A stretch of 64,000 nt of DNA, taken from NCBI RefSeq assembly GCF_031769215.1, contig NW_026782194.1:248001-312000 (forward strand), in the 5' to 3' direction. The position numbers and the translations under genes are program-made. Positions within the stretch are counted from its first letter, which is position 1; each line of letters starts with the position of its first letter. Positions 1 to 12,400 of the stretch are shown here, in pieces. Origin of the DNA: Ylistrum balloti. Taxonomy: Eukaryota. The notes below the pieces were generated by a model. It ran no database searches. It was not told the origin of the DNA and saw only the letters and a program-made list of their open reading frames with translations.

Positions 1-1829
1 TAACTATTTTTAGAATTTGGGATATCGTGGTTTATTATTTTGAAGATTTCTGACATATTCCATAGTATAACAATGTCTTTATGAAAATTCACTTACGTTT
101 GTGATTAAGGGTTCAGTGTATTTTTAGAAAATTAATTTATTGGGTTTATTTAAGGATAGTCTGAAGAATTCAGGTCTCCTTTAATGACAGATTTTCTGAG
201 AATTAACTGTGAGATGTGTTCTTTCTACCAAACATTCAACATAGCAGACATTCCTGTCTGTCCTTAATCATCTCTCATACATTTTGTCTTCTATTCAACA
301 GAGAAGACATCAACTATTCTATCCTATATCAAATAGTTTAATTTCGTGGCAAATGTCAACAACTTTGTCCAGGGATGCATGAAATATATTTACAACATTC
401 ATAAATTCACCTCTCCCAACCATCAAATCGTCTAAGTAATACTGAGTTACTTCCCTTGATGTAGAATACAGTACTTCACAAGACAACCCTCCAAGCCATC
501 ATTATGAAGCTGCTAAAGGATGGAAATACTTATTTCTGCGACGGTGAAAAATGACAGAATCAACATTAGTTTTTTCAAACCACTGGGTTCAAACCTTAAT
601 ACTGGGCTTCTTTGTAAGTGTACATAAGAATACTGGGCTTCATTGTAATGGTAAACTTGATGTTGAAAAGTAAAAGTTGAGTCAATGGAGGCACACCCAT
701 GATGTCTGCTATAAAACCCTTAGACAGCTGATATAAAAATCTTCACTCTTAATTTCCATCTTAAATCGTTCCAGAGCTTTGGCTCTTAAAATTATTGCTC
801 TTTGAACCTAATTCAACAGGAAATTTATACAAGATATAATGGTATTTTGAAAAATTTAAAAAGAAAAAATCTATCATGAATTCACTATGATCACAGATCA
901 CAGATGATATTGAATAACACATGATTTGCAAAAGCCTATCTATATGTAGAAATTTTATCTATTGATGCTTCAGCACAGCTCACTCCTGGCATACAGGAAC
1001 AATTCTAGAAGTCAGTACTGACCAAATTTAGATACCAAGTTTCATCTGCTAATAGCATTGCAATTAGATTCAGAACATTTAAGTACATTAAAATGACATA
1101 GTCTTGACAAAAATTTAATCTCGATGACATTCAGTAATAATATAACATGTTTGTAATACACAATCACATCGAGTTGTCACTACGACAGCAGTTACAGCAG
1201 AAACGACAACAGAATCTACAACATTTGTGACATTTTATACATAATACTATGTACAAATAACACAAGAAAAATTGCACAATCAGAGCAAATTGCCAAATTT
1301 TGCGTTCAATCTCTAAATATTACATAATATATGCATTACTGAAATATTTTGTTATAATGTATAATAACCTGCACCTTCTTGTCAGATATCCAGCATTTGT
1401 ATGACACATATACTGTAGTTACCATTTAACCTTAGTACTTACAGAGCTGACAACACTAGATAGCTCTGTAACTCTGGACTAGTGTGTGGTCGTCATGGTT
1501 ACTAGTGACAGATACATTACACTTCCAAGCGACTTTGGTGAATTACATGTAACTTCTACCAATTCTAAGGAGATTTAAATTCACCACATTCATATCTAGT
1601 ATTTCTGACAGAAATTTTAACCAATTAGTTACACAGTACATTCTGTTTGTATGTTCTCTACAGTTTTTATTGAATTTTTTCAATAATGTTCATTATACAT
1701 GTTCTGATCAATAGGGTTCTGGAAGATTTGTTATCCAGCAGACAGGCCTATTTACATTTTACATTAGATAATACTGAGACAATACTAGAAATACATCAAT
1801 CTTACAACTCAAATCAACATAATATTGTA

Positions 1830-2160
1830 ACCATAGTTACCAGTCCCCACCATGGTAACTCCTCACCACAGTTACCCATCCCCACTGATAAAGGTAACCC
1901 CCCCAACACCCCCACCCCCAACACCCCCTCCTCAAAACAGCAATTTCCTGTTGCAACCACAGTTACACGTCGCTACCAATGTAATTTGCCCTCACCGACC
2001 ACAGTCACATGTCATCATTATGGTAACTTGCCCCCAATTGTGATTACCTGTCCCAACCAGTTATACGTCACCATAATGGTAACTTGCCCCTGGTCACGGT
2101 TACCTGTCTCAACCAGTTATACGTCACCATCATGGTAACTTGCCCCCAACACTGTAACTT
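1830..2160. repeat. Degenerate ~60-bp tandem repeat
   Basis: Recurring atggtaacttgcccc / accagttatacgtcacc. Confidence 0.7.
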
Positions 2161-3477
2161 AGAGTCGTGTCACGGTCAAATTTTTGATAAGGAAGAGAAA
2201 ATCTGGAAACCTCACACAACCATAACATATGACATGGTAGCTTGTTAGAGAAAACGAATGGGACCAAGATTACACAATGTGTATATCGGTAATGTGAATG
2301 AGGACTTAAACACTACTACCAATTATCTATAAGATCCTGTACAGCAGAAGCATGTCTTATTTTTTGTTACAGCTTTAGCAGTAATTAACTTCTAAAGTTT
2401 TTACACAGTTATCTCCCCTATCTGTACATCCAAATGGTCTGTTATCTAATAGTAAATACTGATGATACAGCTGTTTATACACATCACTCATGAACACACC
2501 ATTCATTACTAAGTAGCTTATCAAATTACATTACAAGACATATCTAGAGTAAAGTTTTATTTACTGAAACGATAAATATCTGGATAGAAATACAAGATAT
2601 GATGAAATAATTTCCTGTAAAAATCACTGACTATGTATATACATGTATTATGATAAAATGAATATGTTGTGAGTGAATTATAATAAATTGGATGTTAAGT
2701 AATCCTAAATCCTTTCAGATGTTCTTTTTTTTTTATGACAATGAAAATTCAAAGACTTCAGCAGAAAATATGTGTTTTTTTCTATGGTAATGAAGGACAA
2801 ATGGTTGCCAGCAAATCCAAAGTGAGGACTGAAGGAATTCAAGCATATCAATTTTTTTTTCAAACAAGGAAGAAATTCCCAAGGAGAACGAGAGGAGTTC
2901 AAAAGACCCATTAAACCTCCAACCCAACTTCCAGCACCTCCATGTCACAGATATATAACTAGAGACTATTGTATGATGTTTACGGTGCAGTTCTATCATA
3001 AATTGCTGTGCAAATATCATGTAGCAGTCTTTAAGTGATAATAATAACAAAATGTCATGAAGAAATACAGCGCCTCTTGTAATAGAACAAAAGGTCTACA
3101 TCACAGTATTTCGCTTAACAATCGTGGAAACATTTTCATTAACAGCAAAAATGTGACTTTTTTCCCTCCCATATCACTCGGAGGCAAGAACACAATTTTA
3201 AGCACAACATCAACAGGAACCATCTCAATATACAATTTGCCTTTAAATTATATCCAGCGTATAATTAGACTACTAAAAAGTCTACGACAGAAAGCTATCT
3301 TCAACAATATTCATCCCTTAAACAAAATATTGGCCCCCTGTTTCTTTCCCCTTTTATACAACAGTCCATTCGCACAAAGCAATAACAAGTATTTCTATCA
3401 CATTCAACTTTGGCATATACACTGAACACATTAAACCCAATCTGTAAATATACATTGATACTAGGAGCAAGAAGAAC

Positions 3478-6400
3478 TTATTTCCGTTTACTAGAATCCG
3501 TCGTGCCCAAATCTAGACTCTGCCAATCATCAACGTCATCATCATTAGCCCAAACTTCATTGTCCCAGCCAGAATTTCCATTGGTTTGTGAGGAAGGTTC
3601 ATCTTCGAGATCTAGAAGGTTTCCAACCAATGGTTCCTTCTGTTTCTTTGGGGACGAGAAGCCATCGCCCCAGTCTGCATCGTCCCAACCATCGTTGCTC
3701 TTACTGGTGGTCTTGGAAGACTTTTTACTGTGATTTTTAGGGCTAGACTTTTTACTTTTGTTTGTTTTAAAATCTGTTTCTGCGCCCCAGCTATCCCATT
3801 CATTTTCATCCTTTTTGGGTTTTGAGGATTTTGACTGAAGTGGTTTCTCATCATTCAACCATGCTTCAAACTCGTCCTCCTCAGTATTCCTGTCTGAGGA
3901 CAAACCCTGATCGTTGTAATCACTCGAGTGCATTTTTTTCTGGTTTTTCTTGCCATCTTGCCAGTCACCCTCCCAGCTATCCCATGAATCCTCATCTGAC
4001 AAAAGTCGATTTTTACTGGGATCTCTGCAATACAGAAAACTGCCATCAAACTTTGAGCTTAACAGTTGAAGAACAGTCTTAGTATGAAGTGAAACAAGAA
4101 ACCTGAGATATCAGTGCAGTATTTGCATAATAAAGTGCATCTTTAGATTTCTACTACACAATCTGCCCTTTCCATTGCAAAGAAATATCCGTGACCTTTT
4201 CATTATGTTCAAATGAATACAAATATGGAAATTGTAATATTGATTCAAAATGTCAAAACATATGACAGTGTTACATGTTTTGATGATGAATTGAAGCATA
4301 TAGACTTTTCAGGAAATGGGAAAATTAAAAATGCTGAAAAACACAACGGGCAGTAACTCTTTGAAATACTGTTAAATCAAAATGTTGTTCATGAAATCAC
4401 AGCCTCATGCCATTGTCATAATGTCTTCAAATCTCAAGAAAATGGTTGAAGAAAAAACTGTGGGAGAAGAAATCAGCAAAGGGCAATAACTTTACCAAAA
4501 ATTGTAAAATTACAATGCCATTCATGATATCAGGATTTGGTGTAATGATTTTCAAGCCCCACCAATGTTTAGTTAAACAGGTTATCACTTAGAGAGAAAA
4601 TGTCCATGCAAGATTTATATGCTCCAAAAAAAAAAAAGTCAATTGATTCTTAAAATTTATTGAATTAACCTGCCATCGAAAGAAAAACACATTTTCAAGT
4701 CAGTGTCATACAGCCTACAAAGTTTGCAATAAACTAATTGAAAACTGAGAGAAAAGATGTCCAGACAGGGTGAATATTATGAAAACATCAAAGGCAGTAA
4801 CACAATTTCAAAATCAAGGTAACTAAGCCTACCAATTTTGATACAGATAGGTTGAAAACAAGGGAGGATATCACTAACATATTTCCTGGTTCAGATGTGG
4901 TAAAACTATAGAAACACAACTGCCATGTTGCATGGAACACAGGACTTCTTAAATATTTCCACTGTTATATCATTGGGGCATTGAATTGGCTTCATAATTT
5001 CAAGATATTGTAGACACCAAGCATCACCTTGCACAGAAATGCAATGATGCAACCAGGCTGGAAGGACATATAAACAAAGAAGTTACCTAACCCATCTTTA
5101 AAACAACCATATTATATTTTTTACCAACAGTAATTAATATTTTAGAAGGAGATTACGGAGATTACTGAGATTACTATAATTAAGAAGCACAAAAAGTAAT
5201 GTACTTGTTTTCACTAATTGTTCGGTACTTCAGATCTTTTCAAACCTGGAAACAAACACCAATGACGATATATTTACCTCTGGGGTGATGCATTATCTGT
5301 GAGGAGGGAAGATTTCTCCCCTGGACTGGTGTCCACAGATGACAAAGTTGTTTTAGGTTCTCCCCAAAGAGACTGGAAATTGGTCCATCCCTTAGAACTG
5401 GCAGATGACAGCTAGAAAACAGGAAGGATGAAGAAAATTATATATGGTATACCGGCATCACAGTGCTCAGTTGTAAACAAGTCACTTTAAACACTCAGCC
5501 TGTTACAACCACTGTACTCCCTATGGCACCCAAGTGACAAAAACTTTGGAGTACCGTGTTATAACAGGCTTTGTGACTGGGGTGTTGTTGGGAGTACCGT
5601 GTTATAACAGACTTTGTGACTGGGGTGGTGTGGGGAGTACAGTGTTATAACAGACTTTGTGACTGGAGTGTTGTTGGGAGTACCGTGTTATAACAGACTT
5701 TGTGACTGGGGTGGTGTGGGGAGTACAGTGTTATAACAGACTTTGTGACTGGAGTGTTGTTGGGAGTACCGTGTTATAACAGACTTTGTGACTGGAGTGT
5801 TGTTGGGAGTACCGTGTTATAACAGACTTTGTGACTGGGGTGGTGTGGGGAGTACAGTGTTATAACAGACTTTGTGACTGGGGTGGTGTGGGGAGTACAG
5901 TGTTATAACAGACTTTGTGACTGGGGTGTTGTTGGGAGTACAGTGTTATAACAGACTTTGTGACTGGGGTGTTGTTGGGAGTACAGTGTTATAACAGACT
6001 TTGTGACTGGGGTGATGTTGGGAGTACAGTGTTATAACAGACTTTGTGACTGGGGTGTTACATACCTTTGATCATACCTATATACCTATATACACATACC
6101 TTTGATCATACCTATATACCTATGTGTACATACCTTTGATCATACCTATATACACATACCTTTGATCATACCTATATACCTATGTGTATATACCTTTGAT
6201 CATACCTATATACCTATGTATACATACCTTTGATCATACCTATATACCTATGTGTACATACCTTTGATCATACCTATATACCTATGTGTATATACCTTTG
6301 ATCATACCTATATACCTATGTGTACATACCTTTGATCATACCTATATACCTATATACACATACCTTTGATCATACCTATATACACATACCTTTGATCTTA

Positions 6401-9400
6401 CCTATATACCTATATGTACATACCTTTGATCATACCTATATACCTATATACACATACCTTTGATCATACCTATATACCTATGTGTACATACCTTTGATCA
6501 TACCTATATACACATATGATCATACCTATATACCTATGTGTATATACCTTTGATCATACCTATATACCTATGTATACATACCTTTGATCATACCTATATA
6601 CCTATGTGTACATACCTTTGATCATACCTATATACCTATGTGTATATACCTTTGATCATACCTATATACCTATGTGTACATACCTTTGATCATACCTATA
6701 TACCTATATACACATACCTTTGATCATACCTATATACACATACCTTTGATCTTACCTATATACCTATATGTACATATCTTTGATCATACCTATATACCTA
6801 TATGTACATACCTTTGATCATACCTATATACACATACCTTTGATCATACCTATATACCTATGTCTACATACCTTTGATCATACCTATATAGTTGTGTCTA
6901 CATACCTTTGATCATACCTATATACCTATATGTACATACCTTTGATCATACCTATATACCTATGTCTACATACCTTTGATCATACCTATATACCTATGTA
7001 TACATACCTTTGATCATACCTATATACACATACCTTTGATCATACCTATACACCTATGTATACATACCTTTGATCATACCTATATACCTATGTATACATA
7101 CATTTGATCATACCTATATACCTATGTATACATACATTTGATCATACCTATATACCTATGTGTACATACCTATATACCTATATGTACATACCTATATACC
7201 TATATGTACAAACATTTGATCATACCTATATACCTATATACACATACCTTTGATGCAAAGCCACTCATGGAGCTGCCGACGTCATTCAACAGATTTCCTT
7301 CTTTTACCTACAACATTAGAAAACATAATTTTACAAACGTGGCAGATTTTCCAACTAATTCTTTTTCATATTGGAAAGGGGAGAACCAATTCAAAATCAT
7401 CCATTCATTTTATTATTAAGCAAGGATATTTAATGGAGAGCTTACTTCTAATTGACCTTTCACCTTTAGGTGCTTAAGTTGTATAATAAGACAAAGTCTT
7501 TTGTTTGGGTGCACACATTAGACAAGTTGAAACATTTTTACTACTTTCAGCCACAAAAAGTACATGAGCACATTACACAGGTTTTATGGAATTTTCTTTC
7601 CATCACCAGTCTAACAAATTTCCTTTAAAGCAGATTTTGCCAAGACATTCTATCTAAAGGAAAACACAACTGATTATAATGATGTTCATGAGCAAAAATG
7701 AAAATAAAATTAAGAAAACAAAGGAATACAACATCAAGGCAGCATGCAAAAACATTTACATGTAAATTTATCCTAAAACAATTGTGAATCAAGTTAAATC
7801 AATGGGTGTTTGCCCACAAGTAGTAACAAAGGAGAGAAACCAGTATGTCTGTAAGATAGGATCTTTTGCCTTTTGTGGTCCTGTATGAGATCTGCTGATG
7901 TCACTGGATGATCCAATACAAGAATTGTTGATATAATTCTGATTAGAGAGATTGTACAGTTATATGGATTTCCTGACATCCGTCACAGTTTAATGTTGTA
8001 TAAGTGGAGTCTGTCGTAAGTTATGGTACCATGGGTTGCAGTTTGTAACCTTGGTGTTAGTTACAATAATGTTAGTATCAGTTATGCAAAGTTTGTAACA
8101 TCAGTTATACAAAGTTTGTAACTTCTGTCTTAGTTATAATACTGTTAGTATCAGTTATACAAAGTTAGTAACTTTGGTGTTAGTTATAATACTGTTAGTA
8201 TCAGTTATACAAAGTTTGTAACCTTGGTGCTAGTTATAATACTGGTAGTATCAGTTATGCAAAGTTTGTAACATCAGTTATACAAAGTTTGTAACTGCTG
8301 TCTTAGTTATAATACTGTTAGTTTCAGTTATACAAAGTTTGTAACCTTGGTGTTAGTTATAATACTGTTAGTATCAGTTATACAAAGTTTGTAACCTTGG
8401 TGCTAGTTATAATACTGTTAGTATCAGTTATACAAAGTTAGTAACCTTGGTGTTAGTTATAATACTGGTAGTATCAGTTATACAAAGTTAGTAACCTTGG
8501 TGTCAGTTATAATTTGTTAAGTCAAACAGCCTCCTGGTGTATACCTTGTCCTTTGTGGGTTTGATGACAGAGTCGTTGACTGATTGTCCGAGTTCCTTGG
8601 TTTTGGCTGCAGTCAGGGTAGCTACATGTGAGGCCTAGGAGTGCACAACAACAATCATAGTAACACAAAATACACAACAAAATTTAACTAAATATTTAAA
8701 TAACACAACAAAATTTAACAAAATATTCAAATAAAAAAACCATAAGTGTAACTAGGGATATCACAGGAATCTTGGTGGCCATCATTGTAGGAGTGGTCAT
8801 TTAATTAAAGCTGGATGTTTTCCTTTCTTTCCTTCTTCTTTCTTTCCTCTTCTCATTTTCCATTATATGTGGACATTTATATAGTAACATCAACAAGAAC
8901 AGTACTTCCCCACAAATAACAATAACAAACTAAATTATCAAAATGATTTTTTAACAATTTATCCCAAAATTGACTCTTTTTTTTTTTTTTAACTTTTTAG
9001 GCATGTAAAAAATCCAAGATGGCCATCTATCAGCCATTTTGTTTCTCTGATCAATCTCAACATGGACAATACACCAATATTGGGAACAAGGTCATGAAAT
9101 TTGAGACTAATTTATTCAGTTCTTCTCCAGAAAAAGCCATCAAAAGTATACTTTAAGGACAGAGACCCTGTGTACCATTGACAATTTAGTGTGATTTGAT
9201 AAAGCTTTGGCAAAAGAAGAATCACACAAATGCTCATGCACTTGAAAGAAAGAAAATTGCTTAATAAGCAATATCATTTATAGACTTAATTGTACCTTGT
9301 TCATGCTAAAAAGCTGCATTTGCCAACATAAAGCACTTCACTAACTTTAAAATATGTGCAAACGCTCTGTTTATAGCTGAGGGGAAATATCAAGGTTAAC

Positions 9401-12400
9401 ATACTCAGTATCCATCTCTATTATCTCTAAATATACACCATATTTTCCTGGTTATAAGTCACACCGGTATATAGGCACTCTAAATGCTGTTTCCTTATTA
9501 TGTGCCTACACTTCCTAATGTGTTTTATTTAGAAAATGTTAAAGATTCCCACACAAGCACAGTATTATTGTTTTAAATGTAAATTATATGTCATTTTCAC
9601 TACATCCAGCAGAAATTTAGCACCGTCTCCCGTACAGGTTACTGTGGCTGGTAAAATGGCTGCCCTAAATAAAGAAAGTCAACATTGGCAAAAGTACTGA
9701 TTGCATAACTGTCATGTTGCCATGTACAGAATTTCAGAATTCTCCAGAAACAAGTAAAACTAACTAGAGACCAAGGCATGTTCACATGCTCACACTTAAA
9801 CTGGAGTAGAATCACACATAACAATTCAGGTTTTCCACATTTAACACGTCATCATAAGAATGGCGGAAACCCGAAATGGGACAAAGTAATGACTTCATGG
9901 AAGCTTCGATGTATAAACAATGACTGGGGACTGCATACATACTGGTCTGCCATCGGAGATAGAATAAATACTCCTTTTGTTGAGGTATATGATGCAACTT
10001 ATCTTGTATAAAAACCAAAATGTTTAAAGTCTAACACAACAACAACACCTGTCACAGTGGAAGTTGTATACACAACAAACAACACTTGTCACAGTGTAAG
10101 TTGTATACAAAACACCTGTCACAGTGGAAGTTGTATACACAACATATAACACCTGTCACAGTGGAAACTGTATACAAAACCCCTGTCACACGGGAAGATG
10201 TATACACAACAAACAGCACCTGTCACAGTGGAAGTTGTATACACAACAAACAACACCTGTCACAGTGGAAGTTGTATACAAAACCCCTGTTACAGTGGAA
10301 GTTGTATACACAACAAACAGCACCTGTCACAGTGGAAGTTGTATACACAACACCTGTCACAGTGGAAGTTGAATACAAAACCCCTGTTACAGTGGAATTT
10401 ATATACACAACACACAACACCTGTCACAGTGGAAGTTGTATACACAACAAACAACACCTCTTACAGTGGAAGTTGTATACACAACACAGAACACCTGTCA
10501 CAGTGGAAGTTGTAAACACAACACAGTGGAAGTTGTATACACAACACACAACACCTGTCTCAGTGGAAGTTGTATACACAACACAGTGGAAGTTGTATAT
10601 ACAACACACAACACCTGTCACAGTGGAAGTTGTATACACAACACCTGTCACAGTGGAAGTTGTATACACAGCACAGTGGAAGTTGTATACACAACACACA
10701 ACACCTGTCACAGTGGAAGTTGTATACACAACACAGTGGAAGTTGTATACACAACACACAACACCTGTCACAGTGGAAGTTGTATACACAACACCTGTCA
10801 CAGTGGAAGTTGTATACACAACACACAACACCTTTAACAGTGTGGAAATTGTATACACAACAACAACACCTACAACACCTGTCACAGTGGAAGTTGTATA
10901 CACAACAACACCTGTCACAGTGGAAGTTGTATACACAACAACACCTGTCACAGTGGAAGTTGTATACACAACAACAACACCTGTCACAGTGGAAGTTGTA
11001 TACACAACAACAACACCAATCACAGTGGAGGTTATGAATACATTTTCAAGAAACAATCTCTTAGTTAATCAACATTTACTTGTTTCCCAAATTCTCAGAA
11101 AAAGGTGAAATGGAATGAAATATGAATTGTTTGCTGCTGTTTTGAAGACTAGTTACATTGCTTCTGACGTGATCACACCAACACTTTTCATAAGGTGTTA
11201 CTGATAAAACTAAAATTTGTTATTTGTTTGGTTACCATGGCAACTTATGTATTTCTCTTAAAAACAAACAATCTGCCACTATTTCGTGTCTACAACTAAG
11301 AATATAATCAAGAGTACAGAGAAAATTCACCGTTTTTCAATTAAGGTAATTGCAAAATTTGAGCCTTTTCATCAGCTCACCAAATTTTTGTTTTAATGGA
11401 TTTTACATGGTGATGCAGGTTGGGATGAAACACTAATCTAACTGAGCTATTAGTATTCGACTCAGTCAGAACTCCATGGACATGAGGCCTATGATATACC
11501 AAGATTAATCTTCCTTTTTCTTCATATGAAGATCCCTCCATGACAAACATTATTTAATTCACACAGACAAGAAGTTATAACAAACAACCCTTTTCATCTA
11601 CAAACAACTCTCCACATGTACAAACAGCCCTCCTCACCTAAAAAGAGCCCTCTACATGTACAAACACTCCCTACATGTACAAACAGCCCTCTTTCATTGA
11701 AAAGTGCCCTCCACATGTACCAACAGCCCCTCTGATTAACAAAGAGCCTTTCTCCTTTACAAAAGCCCTCCCCATCTACAAACAGCCATCCATACTTGCA
11801 AACATCACTTCACATGTAGAAAATCCATCAACAGCCCCAACACACACAAAGAGCCTTCCTTATTTACAGAGAGCCCTCCTTATCTACAAACAGCCCTCCT
11901 TGTGTATAAACAGCTCTCCAAATGAACAAACAGTCCTCTACTGTCCTCCACACAGTGTAAAAATAGACCTGCACATACAGCAATCAACATGTACCAGGAG
12001 CTGTCAACATTTATAAAACAGCCCTCTAAGTGTACAAACACCCCTCTAAGTGTACAAACAGCCCTCCACATGTACAAACAGCCCTCTACATGTACAAATA
12101 GCCCTCTAAGTGTACAAACTGCCCTCTAAGTGTACAAACAGCTCTCTAAGTGTACAAACAGCTCTCTTAAGTGTACAAACAGCCCTCCACATGTACAAAC
12201 AGCCCTCTACATGTACAAATAGCCCTCTAAGTGTACAAACAGTCCTCTACTGTCCTCCACACAGTGTAAAAATAGACCTGCACATACAGCAATCAATATG
12301 TACTAGGAGCTGTCAACATTTATAAAACAGCCCTCTAAGTGTACAAACACCCCTCTAAGTGTACAAACAGCCCTCCACATGTACATACAGCCCTCTAAGT

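Noticed and set aside
465-547. Possible plus-strand terminal exon (EYSTSQDNPPSHHYEAAKGWKYLFLRR*)
   Set aside because: It is short, has no recognisable homology, and no compatible upstream exon was found in the window.
1686-2138. 150-aa Pro/Thr-rich ORF
   Set aside because: It arises from a C-rich tract and a degenerate 60-bp repeat, with no recognisable domain.
3478-4002. Stand-alone acidic protein or SCYL-like C-terminus
   Set aside because: It splices in frame to upstream ARFGAP1 exons, and the listed start is a TTG inside the exon.
9778-10011. 77-aa ORF or possible nested first exon (ATGGCGGAAACC at about 9860)
   Set aside because: No downstream plus-strand exons could be linked and no domain was recognised.
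10086-11108. 340-aa and overlapping 100-210-aa ORFs
   Set aside because: They are translations of a tandem array that is open in several frames on both strands, with no splice or domain support.
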